In this document: positions 17,595 through 28,972 of the stretch, piece by piece
Numbering within the stretch: the stretch's first letter is position 1
Layout of the letters: each line of letters opens with the position of its first letter
NCBI GenBank assembly: GCA_012032075.1
Contig: JAAURU010000001.1
Location: 1 to 37,579 of the forward strand
Reading direction: 5' to 3'
From: Flavobacterium sp.
GTDB lineage: Bacteria > Bacteroidota > Bacteroidia > Flavobacteriales > Flavobacteriaceae
DNA: 37,579 nt
Position numbers and translations under genes: made by a program
Notes under the pieces: generated by a model
The model's database searches: none
The model's input: the letters and a program-made list of their open reading frames with translations, nothing else
What the model was told of the DNA's origin: nothing

Positions 17595-20093
17595 CTATTT
17601 TTTTATAATTTTTTTAGTTCCAACATATTCTTCAGAACTTATTTTCACAAAATATATACCTTTTAAAAGTGATTCGATATTAATTTTAGATTCATTATTT
17701 TCAAGTACTTTATTTGCAACCATTCTTCCTTGCATATCATAAATAACTACATCGATGTTACCATTAAATTCATTGTTTCTTTCAAAATATAATTCATTAT
17801 CTGCTGGGTTAGGATAAACAGATAAATTATTAGAAGGTTTTACATTGTCTGGTGAAGAAAGAACGGCTTGATTTTGATAATATTGTAAAGCATTAGTAGC
17901 ATAAGCCAACGGAGCATTCCAGTTTATAGTTACTTCGTTTGTAGAATAAGAACACCAAGTGTCTGAATATTTTCCAGCTCTAGAGGTTTCAGTGTAAAGG
18001 CAACCATCTGGATTTAAGGCATTTTGAGGCCCACCAACCAACATACCAGGAACAGGTAAAGTAACTCCATCTGCTTCTGAGATTCTATGGTGAGGTAGTA
18101 ATGGTGAACTTTGACCATAACCCGTTACAAAGCTAATCCCAACAGCATTTCTTCCTAATAAATAATCAATTGCTTTATATGCTGCTGTTAAATAGGTAGC
18201 ATCATTAGTGGCTTTGTGGGCACTTAGTAAAACAACTATTTGATTAGCGGCTGTTCCATTACTACCCCAATTATAATCGGTATTGTTCATTGAAGTTTCA
18301 ATAGGATTATTGTTGATGTTGGTTCTCATAGTATTGGCAATAGTAGATAATCTATTCAAAACAGTTGTTGTGTTTAATTGTGCTACATTTGAATTACTCA
18401 AATTATTTGCTATTGATAAAATACCTAAAGTAGCTGTACTTTGCCATCCTGGAACCCATTGATTGGTTAAGGCAGTGTAGTTAATATCATTTTTATATTG
18501 GTTTTCTCCAGTTGTTATGAAAAGTTCTACTGCAGCCCATTGAAATTCATCACTCACATTATTATCTTCATAAGGACCTGTTGAAACTCCAGGCGGATTA
18601 CCTGTATATAAAGCGTTTGGATTGTTTTTTGCCCAAGTATATGCTTCTCTTGCAGCTGCAAGTAGCGTTGCACTATAGCCTGGTTTCTCTGTATTATATG
18701 CTGCAAAAATTCTAGAACCTACAGCCATAACAGCAGCAAAGTTTAAGGAAGCAGAAGTAGATCTTCCAATAACATAACGCTCTAAATTATAATTAGCAGG
18801 CATTACTATTCCTTCGAAATTTAACCCTGATAATTTGTGATACACAGAACCATCACCACCATTAGCTACCCTGTTTTGCATAGTCAACATCCAGTCGATG
18901 TTCCAAATAGCTTCATCTAGAATATCTGGTAAGTTATTAGTTGACTCAGGAATATTCAAATTTTTATTTACAAAATGCGATTTATAGTGTTCAAATGCTG
19001 CTAAAATGGTATAGGTGCTGATACCACTATTTACTACATATTTATTTAAATCTCCAGCATCATACCATCCTTTAGGAGAAGAAATAATAGTATTAGTAGG
19101 TCTGTTTGGAGTTGCTGCTGAGGAATGAACTTTTACAACATTATCTAGGATACCAGTAGCTCTTTGCCAAATACCACCATGAGTTGAAGATATTGCAGTT
19201 GAAGCCCTATTAAAATAATAATATTTTAAAGCAGCATTAGATAAATTTTCAAGTGGATTGTCAGCAATTGTTATCGTTATTTCAGATTGATTTGTTTTTA
19301 CAGTGTAAGTACCATTTGTATTTATACTTGTTAAGTTTATTTTTGCAACATGTTGATTTGCATCTGCCCAATTTGTACTTGCTGAAGATATTCCAGATAA
19401 AACTTCAACATTACTACTATTTAAAACCTGAAAATTTTGTGGTCCAAAAGAAGATTTTGAGATTAAATTAACTGCTTTTTCTCTGTTTTTAAAATAACCT
19501 ACTTGATTCGCTCGAAGAAAAATAGGGTTTGTAATTGCTTCTAAAGGTGCACCAAAGGAAATCCAATCGATATCAATTGTTCCATTATAACCTCCAGTTG
19601 TAGCATTAATAAATAGAATTAAATTTTTAATAGAGGAACTGTTAACATTACAAGGTGCAGTAGTACTTGTACAAGGACTACCACCATAACCTCCATCTTG
19701 AAATTTACCTGTATAATCTATTTCAAAAATCTGATATGTTGTTGTCAAACTTATTGATGAAGGATTTAGATTTGTAAGATAATTAGTATTGTCTTGTAGG
19801 TCAATACGTAAACTAGGTGAATTTGTTCCTTTGGCTTTGATATAAAATTTATTATTACCAGAAACATTAATGTTGGTTAAAGTTCCATTATTATGCATTC
19901 CATAACTAAGTGCGGCAAAAGTTCCAGCAGTACCATTACCAACTATTCTAAGATTATTACTAACTAAACTAGTAGTGTAAGAAGGTGGAAAAGTTGTATT
20001 GTTAACACCTTGATCAAAATTATCACTATAGATAACCTGAGAATGTATCGAATTAAAAAAAACAATCGATAAAAAAAGTAGGATCTTTTTCAT
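17595..20093 (-). CDS. glycoside hydrolase family 9 endoglucanase with Ig-like (CelD-N) domain and T9SS C-terminal sorting domain
   Basis: RANQVGY, GWYDAGD, HHRIS, NEVTINWNAP GH9 motifs; signal peptide; tail VYPNPA...IYDMQGR...GIYFVKI...KKIIKK. Confidence 0.93.
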   Translation of the reverse strand: MKKILLFLSIVFFNSIHSQVIYSDNFDQGVNNTTFPPSYTTSLVSNNLRIVGNGTAGTFAALSYGMHNNGTLTNINVSGNNKFYIKAKGTNSPSLRIDLQDNTNYLTNLNPSSISLTTTYQIFEIDYTGKFQDGGYGGSPCTSTTAPCNVNSSSIKNLILFINATTGGYNGTIDIDWISFGAPLEAITNPIFLRANQVGYFKNREKAVNLISKSSFGPQNFQVLNSSNVEVLSGISSASTNWADANQHVAKINLTSINTNGTYTVKTNQSEITITIADNPLENLSNAALKYYYFNRASTAISSTHGGIWQRATGILDNVVKVHSSAATPNRPTNTIISSPKGWYDAGDLNKYVVNSGISTYTILAAFEHYKSHFVNKNLNIPESTNNLPDILDEAIWNIDWMLTMQNRVANGGDGSVYHKLSGLNFEGIVMPANYNLERYVIGRSTSASLNFAAVMAVGSRIFAAYNTEKPGYSATLLAAAREAYTWAKNNPNALYTGNPPGVSTGPYEDNNVSDEFQWAAVELFITTGENQYKNDINYTALTNQWVPGWQSTATLGILSIANNLSNSNVAQLNTTTVLNRLSTIANTMRTNINNNPIETSMNNTDYNWGSNGTAANQIVVLLSAHKATNDATYLTAAYKAIDYLLGRNAVGISFVTGYGQSSPLLPHHRISEADGVTLPVPGMLVGGPQNALNPDGCLYTETSRAGKYSDTWCSYSTNEVTINWNAPLAYATNALQYYQNQAVLSSPDNVKPSNNLSVYPNPADNELYFERNNEFNGNIDVVIYDMQGRMVANKVLENNESKINIESLLKGIYFVKISSEEYVGTKKIIKK

Positions 20094-20250
20094 TTTAATT
20101 TGAGGTTAAAGATGGTTAATATTATAAATATTTCATATTACTATTGTGAACAAATACAAAATTATGACTTATAATAATAGAAAAATAGTTCTTATGGCTC
20201 ATAGTATGAAATAAATGTTGCAGAATCGACCTTAAATCAAACACTAATAT

Positions 20251-20284
20251 AAAAATGGCTAGTGAAAAATATAAACTAGCCATT
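20251..20284 (-). terminator. putative terminator hairpin
   Basis: AATGGCTAGT/ACTAGCCATT 10-bp stem with short U-tract on the minus strand. Confidence 0.65.
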
Positions 20285-20315
20285 GTAAAACATTTATTAA
20301 TCTTAAATTCTATAA

Positions 20316-23300
20316 TTAAAAAATAATTTTCTTAGTTAATTCTTGTCCGTTTTCCAAATTCACTTTAACTAATAATACTTGATTCTTAGCTTGAATATTT
20401 TCAATTGTAAATGTTTTTGTATTAATAGTTTTGTTTTCGTATAACTTTCTTCCTAGTAAATCATGTATAGTAACATTTGTAATTTCATTTGAAGCATTTA
20501 TTTGAATTCCTTTATCATTTGGATATACAACAATACCACTTTCACTTGTAAATATTGAATTATTTAAAGCAATATCTCTATAAACTAATTCTATTCTATT
20601 ATCAAAAACACCTTCATCTGAAGTAAATAAGTAAGGAGATTGTTTCACATTATGAATAGTATTGGTTAAATTATCTTTTATAAAAATATCTTGAGTTGTA
20701 AATAAACCATCGGTAGTCTCTAGTGATATAGAATAATTTCCTTGTTCTAAAATTTTTAAACCAAGAGTAACATTATCTTCATCATTAAATGGCAACGCTC
20801 TTCCTTGAATTACATAAGCCTCGTCATTGATTAAATTATATAACATGGATTTAGATAAATCTAGAGGTTTTCCATCTATACCAAAATCAGCGTTATTAGT
20901 TGCTCCTTCTATATAACCAACTAATATTTGATTATATGGTACACTTTCATGATTTAAATTTAACCAAATTCTATGTTTTTCGGAATTTGAAGTTCTATAA
21001 AATTGTGTGCTTGATGAAGCATTTAAGCGTTGTAAATTATTAAATGTAGCAGTTGTAGCTAAATCGGTTTTAATATAGAAACCTTGACCTGTTTGAATGA
21101 TTCCATTAGGAATTTTACCACTTGCAAAAGCGGCAACACCACCTGTTCCAGCTGTGTAAGCTGCAAAATTATTTTGAGGATAAGTTCCACCACTTGCTGG
21201 AGTTGTATTTGTCCAAAAATATAACGTTTCAATAGTAGTATTATCTGCTAAGAAAGTAGTAGCATCAATAGGAGAAGAATATGGATTTCCTAATAAGTTA
21301 TAACCTAATCCAATACTTTGATCTATTTTACCGTTTATTGGAGTTCCGGTAAATTGACCGTTAAAGACAGTTGGGCCAGTATAAGTATTGTCTGCACGAA
21401 TCATATACCCTTTACCTGCTTCAAAATTTGTAGTAGCATCTACAGACTGATAGGCTGTTGGAGTTGAGGTGCCAGAATATAAATATTCATAAAAACGAAT
21501 TGGAATTGTATTTGGAGAAAAAGCTTGTAATTGTTGTCCTTCAACAGGAGATGACCATGCAGTATAATCTAAGCGATTCATTGCAGTTGCATTTCTTTTT
21601 ACAATTATATTTCCTGTGTTACTTGCTGCGTCGTTTAATTGACGTAAAGCGCTGTTATTTTCAATAATTAAGGATGAACCTGTTGCAATATTTATATTTC
21701 CTCCAACTATGAATGTGTCCCCACTATTAAATGTTACCTGAGCATTGTTTGTGATTTCTACAGTACAAGCATCTAAATTTCCAGAAGAGGTATAGTTTCC
21801 AGTAAAAATTACGTTTTTAGTAGCTGAAGCAATTCCATTTGACCAAACTGAACCATTCCAAGTTGTAGTAGTGGAACATTTTGGTGTGAATTTTATATCG
21901 TCAATAGCAATATCAGAGGTAAAGTTATTACCAGTAATTCCTCTTATTCTAAGTTTTATAGTTTGACCTAAATAAGAGTAAAGACTTGTAGTTGAAACAA
22001 ACCATTGGTTTCCTTTGTCACCACTTAAAGCAGGTGTGATATCTTCAATCCATTCACCATTTGTATATAAGTCTATATGTAAACGACCCATATCTGTTCC
22101 AAACATGTGATATGCAAACACAAAATCATATTCTTTATCTAATTGAATACATTGGCTTTCTAGGATTGCTACTTGATTAAAACAAGAAGAAGCTTCTAAA
22201 TATAAGTAATTTCCACTTCCTGTTCCAGGATTGAAGTCAACTGATGGCCCTGTTCCAGTTGAAGGTGTACCTCCTTCATCTACTCTCCAGTCAATATTAT
22301 CATCAGTTCTATTTACTAGATTAGTCCATAAACCCCCTAAACTACACATAGTACTTCCGCAGTCTGAGGTAGTTCCGCATAAAGTATTTGATTCAAAATT
22401 ATCATTAAAAGCAGTTGCAATACTACCAGCTTGTACATCAATATATGAAGGATTTGTTTTAATATCATTACCGTTTGCATTTGTAGCTGTTAATGCTATG
22501 GTATAACTTCCAGGATTTGTAAATTGAACTACTGGATTTTGAGAAGACGATGAGGTACCATTTACATATACAAATGTAGCAGGAGTTATAGACCAAGACC
22601 AAGAAGTTGGAGAATAATCTGAATTATCTGTAAAAACAACATCTGTTCCTACACAAGCATTTAATACATTAGCTTTAAAACAAGCTTTAGGTGCTATATT
22701 TCCAGGATCTTTTAAATTACTTATCCATGTTCCTTGTCCATAAGTAGCTGCATATAATTTACTTTCACAATCCGCACTATTTGAATAAATTTCTAATTCT
22801 GTAATTTCTAAATAGGCTAATCCTGTTGAATAAGCAACCCAGTCACTTAAATTATTATCTTTATAATAAACTCCAACATCCATTCCTACATACATGGCAT
22901 TTACAGGGCTATCTTTGTCAATAACTATAGTATTTAAAGAAATATTAGGTAATGATCCAGAAATGTTTGTCCAGGTGTTCCCTGAATTTGTTGACTCATA
23001 GATGTCATTTCCTAATGCAATAAAAAGATGTGTCGGGTCAGTAGGGTCAATTTCAATATCTTTAGGAGTTGAAGCAACGGGTAGATTTGCACTTAAATCT
23101 GTCCATGAAGGAGTGGCATTTAATGCATTTGAAGTTCTGTAAAATCTGTCAGTTGAGGAACTTCTTGAAACATACATTATATTACTATTAGATGAAGCGA
23201 TTGCTATATCTGCTATATTTGAAGTGCCACCAAAATTTGAAATTTGTGTCCAAGTTGTTCCTGTTTTCACAGCAATATTTCTCCATATATTATCATATCC

Positions 23301-24998
23301 TGCAAACATGGTGTTTGAGTTGTTTGGATCTAATTTATAAGGAGTAACCCAAGCACCTGTTTCAGAAATTGAACCAGTAATTGCTGAAAAAGTATTCCCT
23401 CCATTTGTAGATCTACGAATGTCTCCATAATATAGAGCACCATACATGTAATTCGCATCAGTAGGGTCAATGATACATTCCATACCATCTCCACCTATTT
23501 CAGTTGAAAACACTGACCCTCTACTTACAGATGTTCCGTTATCTTGATGTCCATGAATTAATAAATTAGGGACTGTTTGTGAAACACCAATTTTATATAA
23601 TTGAGCGATTGCTAAACCACTACTTAAATCATCCCAATTCGTTCCATTATCAGTAGTGATATAAATTCCTCCGTCGTTTCCACTATACAAAGAATTGTTA
23701 TGAGGAGAGAATTCTAGTACATGTTGATCTGCATGTACACCATCAATTAATCCACTTGGTCCAACCCAATAAGAAGCGCAGTTCATGGTTGCTCCACCAT
23801 CTGTAGATTTCCAAATGTTTATTCCACCTGCATAGATTGTATTAGCATTTGTAGGGTCTGCTGCAAGAACTAAATCATAAATAGCTTGACTTCTAGTATC
23901 GTTGCCATTTGTAGCATATCCTAAAATATTAGGTGTAGTTGTTCTAGTGCTAAAGTTGCTTCCACTATTTGTTGAACGACTAATTTCGATCAATCCACTT
24001 CCACCACCAGCTAGTAAATAAACCCAATTTGGTTCATCAGGAGAAACCGCTAATGCAATTCGTTGTGCTCCAGTAGGAACACCGCTTGTTACTTGAGAAA
24101 AACTAGCTCCAGCATTAGTAGAAACATCAAATGTAGTTCCAGAGGCATATATTGTGTTAAAATCTCCAGGTTTATAAGCAATATCTTTCATTGCTGAACT
24201 GGTAGTTGTAAAAGTCCAGTTTGCTCCTCCATCAGTACTTTTATATATTCTGCTACCACTTGTTGAAGCAACTAAATCATTTGGATTTGATGGATTCATT
24301 AGAATTTCATAAACTGTTCTATTTCCCATGCCATTATTTTGCTGAGTCCAACTAAGTCCTCCATTTGTGCTTCTCCAAACACCATAACCTGGAGAATCTC
24401 CAGAGTCTCTGTCTCCAGTTCCTATATAAATAATATCTGGATTAGAAGGATTAATTACAATACTTGAAACACCAAGTCTAATTAAGCCAATTGAAAATTC
24501 TGACCATGTAGCTCCACCATCAGTTGTTTTCCAAATTCCACCAGCAGGAGATCCAACGAATATAATATCTGGATTAGTAGGATGAAACGTTATACAGGTT
24601 AATCTTCCATTACCGTTTAATTGAGTTGTTCCGTTATTAGGTAATGCAATTGGTCCAATAGGTTGCCAGTTTCCAGAACCAGCCGCATATCGATTATTTC
24701 TATTTTGTTCAACCTTTCTGTATTTTAAGATTTCTTCTAGAACGTGACCTTCTTTAGGAAAATCGCCATTTATATCTACACGATTTTGCCAGTAATACTC
24801 CCATCTTCTAAATTGTTTTATTCCATAACCTTTAGGGATTATTTTAGAATCGTAGGCATTTTTTTTTAGGTATGATTCAAAACTCTCTTGGATTTCATTG
24901 AAATTAGCATTTCTATCATGCATTAATGATTGCCAGTTATTTTGAGAATAAATTAAACTATAAAATAGAATAGTTATTATTATATAATACTTTTTCAT
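20316..24998 (-). CDS. large T9SS-secreted protein: Asp-box/BNR (VPS10-like) propellers + PKD + MAM + C-terminal module
   Basis: About nine S/T-x-D/N-G-G-x-x-W-type Asp boxes; PKD (TSWSW...NPVVQFTNPGSYTIALTATN); MAM (TPSTGTGPSVD...YLYLEAS, YHMFG, DIAIDDI); T9SS-type tail (IHDLLGRKL...KKIIF). Confidence 0.85.
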   Translation of the reverse strand: MKKYYIIITILFYSLIYSQNNWQSLMHDRNANFNEIQESFESYLKKNAYDSKIIPKGYGIKQFRRWEYYWQNRVDINGDFPKEGHVLEEILKYRKVEQNRNNRYAAGSGNWQPIGPIALPNNGTTQLNGNGRLTCITFHPTNPDIIFVGSPAGGIWKTTDGGATWSEFSIGLIRLGVSSIVINPSNPDIIYIGTGDRDSGDSPGYGVWRSTNGGLSWTQQNNGMGNRTVYEILMNPSNPNDLVASTSGSRIYKSTDGGANWTFTTTSSAMKDIAYKPGDFNTIYASGTTFDVSTNAGASFSQVTSGVPTGAQRIALAVSPDEPNWVYLLAGGGSGLIEISRSTNSGSNFSTRTTTPNILGYATNGNDTRSQAIYDLVLAADPTNANTIYAGGINIWKSTDGGATMNCASYWVGPSGLIDGVHADQHVLEFSPHNNSLYSGNDGGIYITTDNGTNWDDLSSGLAIAQLYKIGVSQTVPNLLIHGHQDNGTSVSRGSVFSTEIGGDGMECIIDPTDANYMYGALYYGDIRRSTNGGNTFSAITGSISETGAWVTPYKLDPNNSNTMFAGYDNIWRNIAVKTGTTWTQISNFGGTSNIADIAIASSNSNIMYVSRSSSTDRFYRTSNALNATPSWTDLSANLPVASTPKDIEIDPTDPTHLFIALGNDIYESTNSGNTWTNISGSLPNISLNTIVIDKDSPVNAMYVGMDVGVYYKDNNLSDWVAYSTGLAYLEITELEIYSNSADCESKLYAATYGQGTWISNLKDPGNIAPKACFKANVLNACVGTDVVFTDNSDYSPTSWSWSITPATFVYVNGTSSSSQNPVVQFTNPGSYTIALTATNANGNDIKTNPSYIDVQAGSIATAFNDNFESNTLCGTTSDCGSTMCSLGGLWTNLVNRTDDNIDWRVDEGGTPSTGTGPSVDFNPGTGSGNYLYLEASSCFNQVAILESQCIQLDKEYDFVFAYHMFGTDMGRLHIDLYTNGEWIEDITPALSGDKGNQWFVSTTSLYSYLGQTIKLRIRGITGNNFTSDIAIDDIKFTPKCSTTTTWNGSVWSNGIASATKNVIFTGNYTSSGNLDACTVEITNNAQVTFNSGDTFIVGGNINIATGSSLIIENNSALRQLNDAASNTGNIIVKRNATAMNRLDYTAWSSPVEGQQLQAFSPNTIPIRFYEYLYSGTSTPTAYQSVDATTNFEAGKGYMIRADNTYTGPTVFNGQFTGTPINGKIDQSIGLGYNLLGNPYSSPIDATTFLADNTTIETLYFWTNTTPASGGTYPQNNFAAYTAGTGGVAAFASGKIPNGIIQTGQGFYIKTDLATTATFNNLQRLNASSSTQFYRTSNSEKHRIWLNLNHESVPYNQILVGYIEGATNNADFGIDGKPLDLSKSMLYNLINDEAYVIQGRALPFNDEDNVTLGLKILEQGNYSISLETTDGLFTTQDIFIKDNLTNTIHNVKQSPYLFTSDEGVFDNRIELVYRDIALNNSIFTSESGIVVYPNDKGIQINASNEITNVTIHDLLGRKLYENKTINTKTFTIENIQAKNQVLLVKVNLENGQELTKKIIF

Positions 24999-25033
24999 AA
25001 CTCATTGAGATGGATTAATTTACAAATATTGTT

Positions 25034-25065
25034 AAAAAAAAGAAGTCCTGCAAATTGCAGGACTT
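25034..25065 (-). terminator. intrinsic terminator of atpDC
   Basis: AAGTCCTGCAA/TTGCAGGACTT inverted repeat with A-run 25034-25041. Confidence 0.85.
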
Positions 25066-25086
25066 ATACATTTAAATTTTAACACT

Positions 25087-25367
25087 TTAATCTGCTAAAA
25101 CAATAATTTTATTGTCTTTCATTTCGATTGTACCAGAATTAATAGGTAACCAAAATGTTTGCTCATTTACTTTATTAAATTTAGAAACAAATTCTTTTTC
25201 AATTTTAATATTCTGAGCATTTATTTTTACGTTTCCTTTTACTAATAAAGACACAATAGGAGCGTGATTATTTAGCATTTGAAACTCACCATTACTCCTG
25301 GAACTGCTACTGATGTAACATCTCCTTTAAATAATGTTGCTTCTGGTGATACTATTTCTAAAATCAT
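25087..25367 (-). CDS. atpC: F1 ATP synthase epsilon subunit, short Bacteroidota form (one frameshift ~25292)
   Basis: MILEIVSPEATLFKGDVTSVAVPGV from 25367; adding one A gives NGEFQMLNNHAPIVSLL, joining ORF 25087-25278. Confidence 0.92.
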
Positions 25368-25374
25368 TTTTTTT

Positions 25375-25448
25375 AAGTTAGAAGATGGAAGATGGAAGAT
25401 GGAAGAGAAGAATAAACTTCTAACTTCTGACTTATGACTTCCAACTTT
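25375..25448. repeat. inverted arrays of 7-bp tandem repeats
   Basis: AAGTTAG-AAGATGG-AAGATGG-AAGATGG-AAG, spacer, then CTTCTAA-CTTCTGA-CTTATGA-CTTCCAA-CTT. Confidence 0.85.
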
Positions 25449-25452
25449 GTTA

Positions 25453-26967
<1,515 letters not shown>

Positions 26968-27024
26968 TTATGTATTTATTAAATAGCTATTTAGTATTGA
27001 AAAACACTTCTATTTTTCAGAGTG

Positions 27025-27056
27025 CAAAGATAGTTTTTTTGTAAACAATTTTGCAA
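27025..27056 (-). promoter_or_regulatory. atpD promoter (TTG-N21-TATCTTTG)
   Basis: Exact TAnnTTTG at 27032-27025 with TTG at 27056-27054. Confidence 0.65.
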
Positions 27057-27080
27057 TTTATTTTTTGAATTTTTTGTAAT

Positions 27081-27109
27081 AAAAAAGCGAAAAGTTTGCT
27101 TTTCGCTTT
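27081..27109 (-). terminator. intrinsic terminator of glmS
   Basis: AAAGCGAAAAG-tttg-CTTTTCGCTTT 11-bp stem. Confidence 0.85.
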
Positions 27110-27116
27110 AAATATG

Positions 27117-28964
27117 CTACTCTACGGTAACTGATTTTGCTAAATTCCTAGGTTGATCTACGTTACAACCTCGCATTACTGCAATATGATAAGACAGTAA
27201 TTGTAAAGGAATTGTAGTTAATAATGGAGTTAATGCTTCCGTTGTTTCGGGGATTTCAATTACGTGATCTGCTAAAGCTTTTACTTGTGTATCTCCTTTG
27301 GTAACAACTGCAATAATTTTTCCCCTTCTAGATTTTATTTCTTGAATATTACTTACTACTTTGTCATAATGACCTTTGTTTGGTGCAATTACAACAACTG
27401 GCATTGATTCATCTATTAAAGCAATAGGACCGTGTTTCATTTCTGCAGCTGGGTAACCTTCTGCATGAATATAGGATATTTCTTTTAATTTCAAAGCTCC
27501 TTCAAGTGCTACTGGAAAATTATACCCTCTTCCTAAGTACAAACAATTAGGTGCGTCTTTATAAATTTTTGCTATTTCTTTAGCTACATCATTTGTTTTT
27601 AAGGCTTCTTTTACTTTTTCTGGAATTAATTCTAGTTCTAGTAAATACCTGTGAAAGTCAGAATTTGACATCGTGCCTTTCGCTTTGGCTAAACGAAGCG
27701 CTAACATTGTAAGAACGGTAATTTGAGTAGTAAATGCTTTTGTAGATGCTACACCAATTTCTGGACCAGCATGAGTATAAGCTCCAGCATTAGTTTCTCT
27801 AGAAATGGAAGAACCTACAACATTACAAACTCCAAAAACAAAAGCTCCGTTTTCTTTAGCTAATTTAATGGCAGCTAAAGTATCGGCTGTTTCACCAGAT
27901 TGTGATATAGCAATAACAACATCATCACTATGAATAATTGGGTTTCGATATCTAAATTCAGAAGCATATTCTACTTCAACTGGAATTCTTGTAAATTCTT
28001 CAATGATGTATTCTGCTACTAAACCTGCATGCCATGAAGTTCCACATGCTATTATTAGAATTCTTTTAGCATTGGTAAACTTCTCAATATTATCTTCAAC
28101 ACCTGACATTTGAATAATACCTTTGTTTGCCAAAAGTCTTCCTCTGTAGGTATCTTTAATTACATTTGGTTGTTCGTAAATTTCTTTTAACATGAAATGT
28201 TCGTAACCACCTTTTTCAATTTGTTCTAAATTCATTTGCAATTCTTGAACATAAGGATCAACTAAAGAATCATCTTTAATTTTGCGAACCTTCATAGGTT
28301 TGTGTAAGCGCACGATTGCCATTTCCTCATCTTCTAAATAAATAGCATTTGTTGTGTATTCTATAAAAGGAGTAGCATCTGAAGCGATAAAGAATTCATC
28401 TTCACCAATTCCTATTGCTAGCGGACTTCCTAATCTAGCTACTACAATTTCATCTGGTCTTTCTTTATCTATTACAGCAATCGCATAAGCTCCTACTACT
28501 TGATTCAGCGCAATTTGAACTGCTTTTCCAAGGCCTACTTTTTCTTTTTTCTTAACATCTTCAATCAAATTCACCAAAACTTCAGTGTCGGTATCAGATT
28601 GGAATGTGTAGCCTCTTTTAATTAATTCTTTTTTTATAGGTTCATAATTTTCAATAATTCCATTATGAATGATTACTAGGTTGCCTGAATTTGAAAAGTG
28701 TGGATGTGAATTTATATCGTTTGGAACTCCATGTGTAGCCCAACGCGTGTGACCCATTCCAACAGTTCCAAATTTATTATTATCTTTTTCAGCAATAGTC
28801 TCTAAATCAGAAACTTTTCCTTTGGTTTTAGATAATTTTAAATCTGAGCCATTATATAACACTATACCAGCACTATCATATCCTCTATACTCTAATCTTT
28901 TTAAACCTTTGATTAGAATAGGATATGCCTCTCTATGACCTATATAACCTACAATTCCACACAT
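27117..28964 (-). CDS. glmS: glutamine-fructose-6-phosphate aminotransferase
   Basis: MCGIVG, LEYRGYDSAG, GHTRWATHG, SQSGETADT, PRNLAKSVTVE. Confidence 0.99.
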   Translation of the reverse strand: MCGIVGYIGHREAYPILIKGLKRLEYRGYDSAGIVLYNGSDLKLSKTKGKVSDLETIAEKDNNKFGTVGMGHTRWATHGVPNDINSHPHFSNSGNLVIIHNGIIENYEPIKKELIKRGYTFQSDTDTEVLVNLIEDVKKKEKVGLGKAVQIALNQVVGAYAIAVIDKERPDEIVVARLGSPLAIGIGEDEFFIASDATPFIEYTTNAIYLEDEEMAIVRLHKPMKVRKIKDDSLVDPYVQELQMNLEQIEKGGYEHFMLKEIYEQPNVIKDTYRGRLLANKGIIQMSGVEDNIEKFTNAKRILIIACGTSWHAGLVAEYIIEEFTRIPVEVEYASEFRYRNPIIHSDDVVIAISQSGETADTLAAIKLAKENGAFVFGVCNVVGSSISRETNAGAYTHAGPEIGVASTKAFTTQITVLTMLALRLAKAKGTMSNSDFHRYLLELELIPEKVKEALKTNDVAKEIAKIYKDAPNCLYLGRGYNFPVALEGALKLKEISYIHAEGYPAAEMKHGPIALIDESMPVVVIAPNKGHYDKVVSNIQEIKSRRGKIIAVVTKGDTQVKALADHVIEIPETTEALTPLLTTIPLQLLSYHIAVMRGCNVDQPRNLAKSVTVE

Positions 28965-28972
28965 AAAATTAA

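Noticed and set aside
25375-25448. Possible CRISPR array
   Set aside because: 7-bp units with no spacers and no cas genes; no CRISPR array seen anywhere in the window.
28965-28972. glmS ribozyme upstream of glmS
   Set aside because: Only 8 nt separate glmS from the upstream gene, leaving no room.
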